Below, one piece after another: positions 24,021 through 38,691 of a DNA stretch of 64,000 nt; the first letter of the stretch is position 1; every line of letters begins with the position of its first letter. Both the position numbers and the translations under genes were made by a program. The DNA is taken from positions 1 through 64,000 of the forward strand of contig JAUCBJ010004802.1 of the NCBI GenBank assembly GCA_032718475.1. Reading direction: 5' to 3'. The notes under the pieces are model-generated. The model did not search any database. It saw only the letters and a program-made list of their open reading frames with translations, and was not told where the DNA came from. The DNA is from Nemertoderma westbladi (lineage: Eukaryota; Animalia; Xenacoelomorpha).

Positions 24021-25692
24021 AGGTGCAAAGGGGCGCCTCAAAGCCGATAGTCCTGAAGAACGTGTTGGGAAGTGGAAAAATCACTTCAGCAACTTGCTTG
24101 GGCAGCCACCAAACATCGAGGTCAGCCCTACAAGGAAAATATATGACAAGACACTACCTATAGAAACAGAGGACTTCACACCTGCCGAACTCCGAAGAAG
24201 CATTAAAAGCATGTCCAATAATAAAGCGAGTGGATTAGATGAAATCCCAGCGGAGGTATGGAAAACCGGAGTGCTAAACAGACCATTATTGAATGTTTGC
24301 AACCGGATGTTAAAAGGGGAGAAGCCACCACCAATTTGGACTAAAGGTCAACTAAAGCCTCTCCCCAAGAAAGGAGACCTCGGCATACCAACAAACTATC
24401 GTGGGATCTGTCTGCTTGTGGTAGCTGCCAAAATATACAATAAAATGATTCTATATAGGATTAGGCCTCACATAGAGAAACTACTGCGTAAGAGCCAAAA
24501 CGGATTTCGACCAAGTAGATCAACAATAGCTCAGATACTTGCACTACGGAGACTGATTGAAGGAATTAAGTCAAATAATCTCCCCGCAGTCATGACTTTT
24601 GTGGACTTCAAGAAGGCATTCGACTCCATCCATAGAGGTAAAATGCTTGAAATCCTAAGAGCTTATGGAATACCAGAAGTAATTGTTGCTGGCATTGGAT
24701 TGTTATATTGTGACACAGAAGCGCAGGTACTCTCACCAGATGGTGAAACTGAGTTTTTCTCAATCCTGGCTGGCGTACTGCAAGGTGACACATTAGCACC
24801 ATTACTATTTGTAATTGTGCTGGATTACGCAATGAGGACGGCCACAAAGGGTGAAGATCTGGGATTCACACTTCAAGAACGCAGAAGTAGTAGATATCCG
24901 GCAACTACAGTCACAGACACCGAATTTGCGTATGACATCGCCCTGTTCTCTAATACAGTACGCTAGCAGATGCATAGCTTCTACTAAATAAAGTGGAGAG
25001 GGCTGCTAAGGAGGTTGGATTGCATATAAATGCTACAAAGACCGAATTCATGACCTTTAATGTTGATGGGAACTTGACAACCATTGATAATAATCAACTA
25101 AGGAAGGTCGATGACTTCCAGTACCTTGGATCATGGATAGAGAGTAGCAAAAAGGACATAGAAGTTAGGAAAGCAAAGGCTTGGGTAGCTCTATCAAAAA
25201 TGGATACCATCTGGAGATCAGATCTCTCCAGGCACCTGAAGACTAAGTTCTTTCGAGCCACAGTGGAAAGTGTATTTTTATACGGGGGTGAGACCTGGAC
25301 ACTGACTAAATCACTTGAACAACGAATTGATGGTTGCTACACAAGACTACTAAGGGCAGCCCTAAACATCAGCTGGAGACAACACATGACAAACGCCGAG
25401 CTTTATGGTACAATACCACCTGTATCAACCACCCTCCGTGAACGCAGATTAAGATTCAGTGGGCACTGCTGGCGAAGTAAAGACGAGGTCATACCAGATC
25501 TACTTCTCTGGCAACCAACTCATGGAAAGCGTAGTCGTGGACGACCGGCCATAACATATATAGATCAACTTGAAAGGGATACTGAACTTGGGAGAAACGA
25601 AATTGGGACAACTATGGAGAATCGGGAAGCCTGGAAGGATCTCATTTCCACTGTCCTTCGCTCGACCTAGTAGTAGTAGTAGTAGTAGTAGT
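24021..25692 (+). mobile_element. 5'-truncated RTE-like LINE: reverse transcriptase and C-terminus with (TAG)n tail
   Basis: KASGLDEI, NYRGICL, QNGFRPSRST, FVDFKKAFDSIH, GVLQGDTLAPLLF, FAYDIAL (mutated ADD), FQYLGS, LYGGETW, RLRFSGH, RGRP; (TAG)8 tail starting at the stop codon. Confidence 0.92.
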
Positions 25693-25839
25693 AAACAATA
25701 GGTGGAAATTTGCCTGACAGCCAGATAGGCCTACTGCTTTACCTACCGGTAGGCGGGGTGTAACTATTAATAACCAGTAGGGCCTAGATATATTATTTAT
25801 AACATGGCTCCAAACGCCACCATTAAAAAATAGCCTACA

Positions 25840-27210
25840 GCCTACAACAGTGCTGATGTAGCCTACAGCAGTGCTGATGTAGCCTACATCAGTGCTGGTG
25901 AAGCCTACATCAGTGCTGATGTAGCCTACATCAGTGCTGATGTAGCCTACATCAGTGCTGATGAAGCCTACAGCAGTGCTGATGTAGCCTACAGCAGTGC
26001 TGATGTAGCCTACATCAGTGCTGATGTACCCTACAGCAGTGCTGATGAAGCCTACAGCAGTGCTGATGAAGCCTACAGCAGTGCTGATGTAGCCTACATC
26101 AGTGCTGATGTAGCCTACATCAGTGCTGATGTAGCCTACATCAGTGCTGATGTATCCTACATAAGTGCTGATGTAGCCTACATCAGTGCTGATGAAGCCT
26201 ACAGCAGTGCTGATGTAGCCTACATCAGTGCTGATGTACCCTACAGCAGTGCTGATGAAGCCTACAGCAGTGCTGATGAAGCCTACAGCAGTGCTGATGT
26301 AGCCTACAGCAGTGCTGATGTAGCCTACATCAGTGCTGATGTACCCTACAGCAGTGCTGATGAAGCCTACAGCAGTGCTGATGAAGCCTACAGCAGTGCT
26401 GATGTAGCCTACATCAGTGCTGATGTAGCCTACATCAGTGCTGATGTAGCCTACATCAGTGCTGATGTAGCCTACATCAGTGCTGATGTAGCCTACATCA
26501 GTGCTGATGTATCCTACATAAGTGCTGATGTAGCCTACATCAGTGCTGATGAAGCCTACATCAGTGCTGATGTAGCCTACATCAGTGCTGATAAAGCCTA
26601 CAGCAGTGCTGATGTAGCCTACATCAGTGCTGATGTAGCCTACATCAGTGCTGATGTAGCCTACATCAGTGCTGATGTAGCCTACATCAGTGCTGATGTA
26701 GCCTACATCAGTGCTGATGTAGCCTACATCAGTGCTGATGTATCCTACATCAGTGCTGATGTAGCCTACATCAGTGCTGATGAAGCCTACAGCAGTGCTG
26801 ATGTAGCCTACAGCAGTGCTGATGTAGCCTACAGCAGTGCTGATGTAGCCTACATCAGTGCTGATGTACCCTACAGCAGTGCTGATGAAGCCTACAGCAG
26901 TGCTGATGAAGCCTACAGCAGTGCTGATGTAGCCTACATCAGTGCTGATGTAGCCTACATCAGTGCTGATGTAGCCTACATCAGTGCTGATGTAGCCTAC
27001 ATCAGTGCTGATGTATCCTACATAAGTGCTGATGTAGCCTACATCAGTGCTGATGAAGCCTACAGCAGTGCTGATGTAGCCTACATCAGTGCTGATAAAG
27101 CCTACAGCAGTGCTGATGTAGCCTACATCAGTGCTGATGTATCCTACATAAGTGCTGATGTAGCCTCTACAACAGTGCTGAAGTAGCCTACAGCAGTGTT
27201 GATGTAGCCT
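25840..27210. repeat. 21-bp minisatellite, ~65 copies, unit GCCTACATCAGTGCTGATGTA
   Basis: Direct reading; unit holds the palindrome TACATCAG-tg-CTGATGTA. Confidence 0.95.
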
Positions 27211-27237
27211 ACAACATGGGTTGAAATGCAAACTAAC

Positions 27238-27897
27238 CATTAACTGACTGATAATCTAAAAGCTCATCATAAATTTCCTCGAGTTTATTTTCAGTTATAA
27301 AGCAGCTGTAATATCGGGCGTGGGCAATATAGCCTGGGAATGATTTCATAGGAGGTTCATTATTGTTAATACGTTTCCCGAGAAAAAGATTAGCAGTAAT
27401 ATCGACTGCAGGTCTCTGGGTGTTTGGAGTTTCAAACTCCTTCCTATTGTGATCAGGACTACCAACCCTTCTACTGTAAAGAAATGTTTGTTTATTAGCA
27501 TAACTCACACCAACCGAAACCAAATACCATTCATTGATGGTTATGGCGTTAGGAAACGTTTTATCCCCTATAACAGTATTATAAAACGTTATTTGGCGAG
27601 AATCAGACCAAATCCATAAAATTGTTCCATGGTTTACTACGTCGCCAAACTCAAATATTGGACCAACTCCAGCCGTATTGATAAAGGCCAACATTGTAAA
27701 AGACTCCGAGGTCAACTCATTCGTATCGTGTTCGATTGATATGTATCCATTAGTGAAGTCAATAGCTTGGTCTTCTGTACCTCCTGGACCGGGGCCGTAG
27801 CTCAGCGAACCTATGATGTCCCCATGGAGATTTGATTGTTTATTCCTTCCGCCATCAACTAAGTTTAAGGTCCACCATGAATCGTATTGGCAATCAT
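27238..27897 (-). CDS. Exon encoding a LamG-like/concanavalin-A jelly-roll domain (copy 2)
   Basis: Acceptor TTACTTTCAG before 27897 (phase 1); 660 nt to a GTTAGT donor, or read-through to TAG at 27233; motifs GPGG...AIDF..GYISI, SFTMLAFI, GPIF, W..V.V, FPGYI; paralogous to 38692-39366. Confidence 0.75.
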
Positions 27898-27929
27898 CTG
27901 AAAGTAAATATGATCTTATAGCGAAGTTG

Positions 27930-30900
27930 GTCATGTACAATTTACACTAAACCCCCAATGTACGTACATACAGTACACTAGACCATCTACGTACAAAGTA
28001 CACTAAACCCACTTATGTACAATATAAAATAAACCCACTCTGTACAATTTACACTAAACCCACTATGTACAATTTACACTAAACCCACAATGTACATAAA
28101 GTTCACTAGACCCTGTACGTACAAAGTACACTAAATCCACTATGTACAATATACAATAAACCCACTCTGTACAATTTACACTAAACCCACTATGTACAAT
28201 TTACACTAAACCCACAATGTACATACAGTACACTAGAACCTCTACGTACAAAGTACACTAAACCCACTATGTACAATATACAATAAACCCACTACGTACA
28301 ATGTACACTAAACCAACTATGTACAATTTACACTAAACCCACTATGTACAATTTACACTAAACCCACAATGTACATACACCATACACTAAACCCACTACG
28401 TACAATGTACAATAAACCCACTACGTACAATGTACAAAAAACGCACTACGTAGAATGTACACTAAACCCACAATGTACATACACCATACACTAAACCCAC
28501 TACGTACAATGTACAATAAACCCACTACGTACAATGTACACTAAACCCACTATGTACAATTTACACTAAACCCACTATGTACAATTTACACTAAACCCAC
28601 TATGTACAATTTACACTAAACCCACAATGTACATACAACATACACTAAAGCCACTACGTGCAATGTAAAATAAACCCACTACGAACAATGTACAATAAAC
28701 CCACTACGTACAATGTACAATAATCCCACTACGTGCAATATACAATACACCCACAATGTACATACACTATACACAAACCCACTATGTACAATTTACACTA
28801 AACCCACAATGTACATACAGTACACTAGACCCTCTACGTACAAAGTACACTAAACCCACTATGTACAATATACAATAAACCCACTACGTACAATGTACAC
28901 TAAACCCACTATGTACAATTTACACTAAACCCACTATGTACAATTTACACTAAACCCACTATGTACAATTTAAACTAAACCCACAATGTACATACACCAT
29001 ACACTAAACAATGTACAATGTACAATAAACCCACTACGTTCAATGTACAAAAAACGCACTACGTAGAATGTACACTAAACCCACAATGTACATACACAAT
29101 ACACTAAACCCACTACGTACAATGTACAATAAACCCACTACGTACAATGTACACTAAACCCACTATGTACAATTTACACTAAACCCACTATGTACAATTT
29201 ACACAAAACCCACTATGTACAATTTACACTAAACCCACAATGTACATACACCATACACTAAAGCCACTACGTACAATGTAAAATAAACCCACTACGAACA
29301 ATACAATAAACCCACTACGTACAATGTACAATAATCCCACTACGTACAATATACAATACACCCACAATGTACATACACTATACACAAACCCACTATGTAC
29401 AATTTACACTAAACCCACAATGTACATACAGTACACTAGACCCTCTACGTACAAAGTACACTAAACCCACTATGTACAATATACAATAAACCCACTACGT
29501 ACAATGTACACTAAACCCACTATGTACAATTTACACTAAACCCACTATGTACAATTTACACTAAACCCACAATGTACAATGTACAATAAACCCACAATGT
29601 ACATACACCATACACTAAACCCACTACGTACAATGTACAATAAGCCCACAATGTACAATGTACAATAAACCCACTACGTACAATGTACACTAAACCCACT
29701 ACGTACAATGTACAATAAACCCACAATGTACATACACCATACACTAAAAACCCACTGCGTACAATGTACAATAAACCCACTCGTACAATGTACAATGTAC
29801 AATAAACCCACAATGTACAATGTACAATAAACCCACTACGTACAATGTACAATAAACCCACAATGTACATACACCATACACTAAACCCACTACGTACAAT
29901 GTACAATAAGCCCACAATGTACAATGTACAATAAACCCACTACGTACAATGTACACTAAACCCACTACGTACAATGTACAATAAACCCACAATGTACATA
30001 CACCATACACTAAAAACCCACTGCGTACAATGTACAATAAACCCACTCGTACAATGTACAATGTACAATAGACCCACAATGTACAATGTACACTAAACCC
30101 ATAATGTACATACTCTATACACAAACCCACTACGTACAATGTTGTGACGGGATCAAGGGATCCCGACCGGTTGATTTGCGTTACGCGTCACCGTGGAATT
30201 AGAAAGGTAATAGTTTGCTGTTGTCGTTCTGATGTTGTTGATATAGATTGATATATATAATGTACGTGATAGCACAGTTGACAGTGAGAATGAGAGTTGA
30301 TAATATATGTTATACCGGTATGGCGGTGACGGTACGAAAGTGTCACCGAACTGCCCTAGATGACTGAGATGACTGAATGAATAACACAACTGACTGATAA
30401 TATATATTCACCCTACGCTATTCTGGCCTTGCTACTTAGCGGATGCTCTCTTCCCTGTCCCTGATTGGTTGATATACTAATTCTCGGCTCCCACCTCTGT
30501 GGGAGTGCTCCCCCCCCCCCCCCCCCCCCCCGCTGCTGTTACTTTCCCTCTCCCAAGAGGTTTGACCTATAACCTATTTTGTGTGGCTCTTTGGGGCAGT
30601 GTGTTGTCCCCGTTATTGGGGGTGATACGAGGTTGATTGTAATCAATCTCGTACTCCCCAATATTGCTTAAAGGCGCCACTTCCCAACTTTATGGGGGTT
30701 ATGTGAGGCGGAATTGAATCCGCTCACAAATGTACACTAAACCCACAATGTACATACACCATACACTAAAAACCCACTACGTACAATGTACAATAAACCC
30801 ACAATGTACAATGTACAATAAACCCACTACGTACAATGTACACTAAACCCACAATGTACATACACTATACACAAACCCACTACGTACAATGTACAATAAA

Positions 30901-33900
30901 CCCACTCGTACAATGTACAATAAACCCACTCGTATAATGTACAATAGACCCACCACGTACAATGTACAATAAACCCAATACATACATTATACACAAACCC
31001 ACTACGTACAATGTACGATAAACCCACTACGTACAAAGTACAATAGACCCACCACGTACAATGTACGATAAACCCACTACGTACAATGTACAATAAACCC
31101 ACTACGTACAATGTACACTAAACCCACTATGTACAATTTACACTAAACCCACTATGTACAATTTACACTAAACCCACAATGTACATACACTATACACAAA
31201 CGCACTACGTACAATGTAAAATAAACCCACAATGTACATACACCATACACTAAAAACCCACTGCGTACAATGTACAATAAACCCACTCGTACAATGTACA
31301 ATGTACAATAAACCCACTGCGTAACAATGTACAATAAACCCAATACGTACAATGTACAATAAACCCACTACGTAACAATGTACAATAAACCCACCACGTA
31401 CAATGTACAATAAACCCACTACGTAACAATGTACAATAAACCCACCACGTACAATGAACAATAAACCCACTACGTAACAATGTACAATAAACCCTCTCGT
31501 ACAATGTACAATAAACCCACCACGTACAATGTACAATAAACCCACTCGTACAATGTACAATAAACCCATTACGTACAATGTACAATAAACCCACTACGTA
31601 CAATGTACAATAAACCCACAACGTACAATGTACAATAAACCCACTACGTAACAATGTACAATAAACCCACCACGTACAATGTACAATAAACCCACTACGT
31701 AACAATGTACAATAAACCCACTGCGTAACAATGTACAATAAACCCAATACGTACAATGTACAATAACCCCACACGTACAATGTACGATAAACCCACTACG
31801 TAACAATGACCAATAAACCCACCACGTACAATGTACAATAAACCCACTACGTACAATGTACAATAAACCCAATACGTACAATGTACAATAACCCCACACG
31901 TACAATGTACAATAAACCCACTACGTAACAATGTACAATAAACCCACTACGTACAATGTACAATAAACCCAATACGTACAATGTACAATAACCCCACACG
32001 TACAATGTACAATAAACCCACGACGTACAATGTACAATAAACCCACTACGTACAATGTACAATAAACCCACTACGTACAATGTACAATAAACCCAATACG
32101 TACAATGTACAATAACCCCACACGTACAATGTACAATAAACCCACTACGTAACAATGTACAATAAACCCACAACGTACAATTTACAATAAACCCACTACG
32201 TAACAATGTACAATAACCCCACTACGTACAATGTACAATAAACCCACAATGTACATACACCATACACTAAACCCACTACGTAACAATGTACAATAAACCC
32301 ACTACGTACAATGTACAATAAACCCACTACGTACAATGTACAATAATCCCACTCGTACAATGTACAATAAACCCACTACCTACAATGTACAATAAACCCA
32401 CTGCGTAACAATGTACAATAATCCCAATACGTACAATGTACAATAAACCCACTACGTAACAATGTACAATAAACCCACTACGTAACAATGTACAATAAAC
32501 CCACTGCGTAACAATGTACAATAAACCCAATACGTACAATGTACAATAAACCCACTACGTAACAATGTACAATAAACCCACTACGTAACAATGTACAATA
32601 AACCCACTACGTAACAATGTACAATAAACCCACAACGTACAATGTACAATAAACCCACTACGTAACAATGTACAATAAACCCACTACGTACAATGTACAA
32701 TAAACCCACTACGTAACAATGTACAATAAACCCACTGCGTAACAATGTACAATAAACCCAATACGTACAATGTACAATAAACCCACTACGTAACAATGTA
32801 CAATAAACCCACTACGTAACAATGTACAATAAACCCACTACGTACAATGTACAATAAACCCGCTACCTACAATGTACAATAAACCCACCACGTACAATGT
32901 ACAATAAACCCACTACGTAACAATGTACAATAAACCCACCACGTACAATGTACAATAAACCCACTACGTAACAATGTACAATAAACCCACTGCGTAACAA
33001 TGTACAATAAACCCACAACGTAACAATGTACAATAAACCCACTACGTAACAATGTACAATAAACCCACAACGTAACAATGTACAATAAACCCACTACGTA
33101 ACAATGTACAATAAACCCACAACGTACAATGTACAATAAACCCACTACGTAACAATGTACAATAAACCCACTACGTACAATGTACAATAAACCCACTACG
33201 TACAATGTACAATAAACCCACTACGTAACAATGTACAATAAACCCACTACGTACAATGTACAATAAACCCAATACGTACAATGTACAATAACCCCACACG
33301 TACAATGTACAATAAACCCACCACGTACAATGTACAATAAACCCACTAAGTACAATGTACAATAAACCCACTACGTACAATGTACAATAAACCCAATACG
33401 TACAATGTACAATAACCCCACACGTACAATGTACAATAAACCCACTACGTAACAATGTACAATAAACCCACAACGTACAATGTACAATAAACCCACTACG
33501 TAACAATGTACAATAAACCCACTACGTACAATGTACAATAAACCCACCACGTACAATGTACAATAATCCCACTCGTACAATGTACAATAAACCCACTACC
33601 TACAATGTACAATAAACCCACTACCTACAATGTACAATAAACCCACCACGTACAATGTACAATAAACCCACTACGTAACAATGTACAATAAACCCACTGC
33701 GTAACAATGTACAATAAACCCACTCGTACAATGTACAATAAACCCACTACCTACAATGTACAATAAACCCACTACCTACAATGTACAATAAACCCACCAC
33801 GTACAATGTACAATAAACCCACTTCGTACAATGTACAATAATCCCACTCGTACAATGTACAATAAACCCACTACCTACAATGTACAATAAACCCACTACC

Positions 33901-36900
33901 TACAATGTACAATAAACCCACCACGTACAATGTACAATAAACCCACTACGTACAATGTACAATAATCCCACTCGTACAATGTACAATAAACCCACTACCT
34001 ACAATGTACAATAAACCCACTACCTACAATGTACAATAAACCCACCACGTACAATGTACAATAAACCCACTACGTAACAATGTACAATAAACCCACTACG
34101 TACAATGAACAATAAACCCACCACGTACAATGTACAATAATCCCACTCGTACAATGTACAATAAACCCACTACCTACAATGTACAATAAACCCACTACCT
34201 ACAATGTACAATAAACCCACTACGTAACAATGTACAATAAACCCACTACCTACAATGTACAATAATCCCACTCGTACAATGTACAATAAACCCACTACCT
34301 ACAATGTACAATAAACCCACTACCTACAATGTACAATAAACCCACTACGTAACAATGTACAATAAACCCACTACCTACAATGTACAATAAACCCACTACG
34401 TAACAATGTACAATAAACCCACTACGTACAATGAACAATAAACCCACCACGTACAATGTACAATAATCCCACTCGTACAATGTACAATAAACCCACTACC
34501 TACAATGTACAATAAACCCACTACCTACAATGTACAATAAACCCACTACGTAACAATGTACAATAAACCCACTACCTACAATGTACAATAAACCCACCAC
34601 GTACAATGTACAATAAACCCACTACGTAACAATGTACAATAAACCCACTACGTACAATGTACAATAAACCCACTACGTACAATGTACAATAAACCCACTC
34701 GTACAATGTACAATAAACCCACAATGTACAATGTACAATAAACCCACTACCTACAATGTACAATAAACCCACTACCTACAATGTACAATAAACCCACTAC
34801 CTACAATGTACAATAAACCCACCATGTACAATGTACAATAAACCCACTACGTAACAATGTACAATAAACCCACCACGTACAATGTACAATAAACCCACTA
34901 CGTAACAATGTACAATAAACCCACTACGTACAATGTACAATAACCCCACACGTACAATGTACAATAAACCCACCACGTACAATGTACAATAAACCCACTA
35001 AGTACAATGTACAATAAACCCACTACGTACAATGTACAATAAACCCAATACGTACAATGTACAATAACCCCACACGTACAATGTACAATAAACCCACTAC
35101 GTAACAATGTACAATAAACCCACAACGTACAATGTACAATAAACCCACTACGTAACAATGTACAATAAACCCACTACGTACAATGTACAATAAACCCACC
35201 ACGTACAATGTACAATAATCCCACTCGTACAATGTACAATAAACCCACTACCTACAATGTACAATAAACCCACTACCTACAATGTACAATAAACCCACCA
35301 CGTACAATGTACAATAAACCCACTACGTAACAATGTACAATAAACCCACTGCGTAACAATGTACAATAAACCCACTCGTACAATGTACAATAAACCCACT
35401 ACCTACAATGTACAATAAACCCACTACCTACAATGTACAATAAACCCACCACGTACAATGTACAATAAACCCACTTCGTACAATGTACAATAATCCCACT
35501 CGTACAATGTACAATAAACCCACTACCTACAATGTACAATAAACCCACTACCTACAATGTACAATAAACCCACCACGTACAATGTACAATAAACCCACTA
35601 CGTACAATGTACAATAATCCCACTCGTACAATGTACAATAAACCCACTACCTACAATGTACAATAAACCCACTACCTACAATGTACAATAAACCCACCAC
35701 GTACAATGTACAATAAACCCACTACGTAACAATGTACAATAAACCCACTACGTACAATGAACAATAAACCCACCACGTACAATGTACAATAATCCCACTC
35801 GTACAATGTACAATAAACCCACTACCTACAATGTACAATAAACCCACTACCTACAATGTACAATAAACCCACTACGTAACAATGTACAATAAACCCACTA
35901 CCTACAATGTACAATAATCCCACTCGTACAATGTACAATAAACCCACTACCTACAATGTACAATAAACCCACTACCTACAATGTACAATAAACCCACTAC
36001 GTAACAATGTACAATAAACCCACTACCTACAATGTACAATAAACCCACTACGTAACAATGTACAATAAACCCACTACGTACAATGAACAATAAACCCACC
36101 ACGTACAATGTACAATAATCCCACTCGTACAATGTACAATAAACCCACAATGTACATACACTATACACAAACCCACTACGTACAATGAACAATAAACCCA
36201 CCACGTACAATGTACAATAATCCCACTCGTACAATGTACAATAAACCCACTACCTACAATGTACAATAAACCCACTACCTACAATGTACAATAAACCCAC
36301 TACGTAACAATGTACAATAAACCCACTACCTACAATGTACAATAATCCCACTCGTACAATGTACAATAAACCCACTACCTACAATGTACAATAAACCCAC
36401 TACCTACAATGTACAATAAACCCACTACGTAACAATGTACAATAAACCCACCACGTACAATGTACAATAAACCCACTACGTAACAATGTACAATAAACCC
36501 ACTACGTACAATGAACAATAAACCCACCACGTACAATGTACAATAATCCCACTCGTACAATGTACAATAAACCCACTACCTACAATGTACAATAAACCCA
36601 CTACCTACAATGTACAATAAACCCACTACGTAACAATGTACAATAAACCCACTACCTACAATGTACAATAATCCCACTCGTACAATGTACAATAAACCCA
36701 CTACCTACAATGTACAATAAACCCACTACGTACAATGTACAATAAACCCACTACCTACAATGTACAATAAACCCACTACCTACAATGTACAATAAACCCA
36801 CTACGTAACAATGTACAATAAACCCACTACCTACAATGTACAATAATCCCACTCGTACAATGTACAATAAACCCACTACCTACAATGTACAATAAACCCA

Positions 36901-38520
36901 CTACGTACAATGTACAATAAACCCACTACCTACAATGTACAATAAACCCACTACCTACAATGTACAATAAACCCACTACGTAACAATGTACAATAAACCC
37001 ACTACCTACAATGTACAATAATCCCACTCGTACAATGTACAATAAACCCACTACGTAACAATGTACAATAAACCCACTACGTACAATGAACAATAAACCC
37101 ACCACGTACAATGTACAATAATCCCACTCGTACAATGTACAATAAACCCACTACCTACAATGTACAATAAACCCACTACCTACAATGTACAATAAACCCA
37201 CTACGTAACAATGTACAATAAACCCACTACCTACAATGTACAATAATCCCACTCGTACAATGTACAATAAACCCACTACCTACAATGTACAATAAACCCA
37301 CTACCTACAATGTACAATAAACCCACTACGTAACAATGTACAATAAACCCACTACCTACAATGTACAATAAACCCACCACGTACAATGTACAATAAACCC
37401 ACTACGTAACAATGTACAATAAACCCACTACGTACAATGTACAATAAACCCACTACGTACAATGTACAATAAACCCACTCGTACAATGTACAATAAACCC
37501 ACAATGTACAATGTACAATAAACCCACTACCTACAATGTACAATAAACCCACTACCTACAATGTACAATAAACCCACTACCTACAATGTACAATAAACCC
37601 ACCACGTACAATGTACAATAAACCCACTACGTAACAATGTACAATAAACCCACCACGTACAATGTACAATAAACCCACTACGTAACAATGTACAATAAAC
37701 CCACTACGTACAATGAACAATAAACCCACCACGTACAATGTACAATAAACCCACTACGTAACAATGTACAATAAACCCACTACGTACAATGAACAATAAA
37801 CCCACCACGTACAATGTACAATAAACCCACTACGTAACAATGTACAATAAACCCACTACGTACAATGAACAATAAACCCACTACGTACAATGTACAATAA
37901 ACCCACCACGTACAATGTACAATAATCCCACTCGTACAATGTACAATAAACCCACTACCTACAATGTACAATAAACCCACTACCTACAATGTACAATAAA
38001 CCCACCACGTACAATGTACAATAAACCCACTACGTAACAATGTACAATAAACCCACTACGTACAATGAACAATAAACCCACCACGTACAATGTACAATAA
38101 ACCCACTACGTACAATGAACAATAAACCCACCACGTACAATGTACAATAAACCCACTACGTAACAATGTACAATAAACCCACTACGTACAATGAACAATA
38201 AACCCACTACGTACAATGTACAATAAACCCACCACGTACAATGTACAATAATCCCACTCGTACAATGTACAATAAACCCACTACCTACAATGTACAATAA
38301 ACCCACTACCTACAATGTACAATAAACCCACTACGTAACAATGTACAATAAACCCACTCGTACAATGTACAATAAACCCACTACGTACAATGTACAATTA
38401 ACCCCACAATGTACATACACCATACACTAAAAATCCACTACGTACAATGTACAATAAACCCACTACGTACAATGTACAATAAATCCCACAAAGTACATGT
38501 ACAATGTAAAATAAACCTCA
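27930..38520. repeat. ~25-bp satellite array (~400 units, consensus AAACCCACTACGTACAATGTACAAT) filling an intron
   Basis: Direct reading; 24/25/26-bp and longer variants; higher-order duplications. Confidence 0.95.
30143..30728. mobile_element. Solo LTR (586 bp) inserted in the satellite, 5-bp TSD AATGT
   Basis: TGTGA...TCACA termini; AATGT at 30138-30142 and 30729-30733; no coding sequence. Confidence 0.85.
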
Positions 38521-38691
38521 ATAAAAGTATGTAATGTTATGGTTTTTTTTAAACCATACTATACAATAATATAATCAGTTTAATGGGGAATTGTAACTTA
38601 ACCTGGACACAATTACAGTGTACATTATTTAAATATTTTTATGTTTTTCAAGGCCAATTCCAATTGATGTCAAAGAAAATTATAAACATAC

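Noticed and set aside
22401-25692. Twin-priming inversion linking the minus EN fragment and the plus RT fragment
   Set aside because: ~900 bp of unrelated sequence intervenes and the RT copy has its own candidate TSD
29556-38306. Many minus-strand ORFs (VVGLLYIVRSGFIVHC...)
   Set aside because: Translations of the 25-bp satellite; frames shift with unit length
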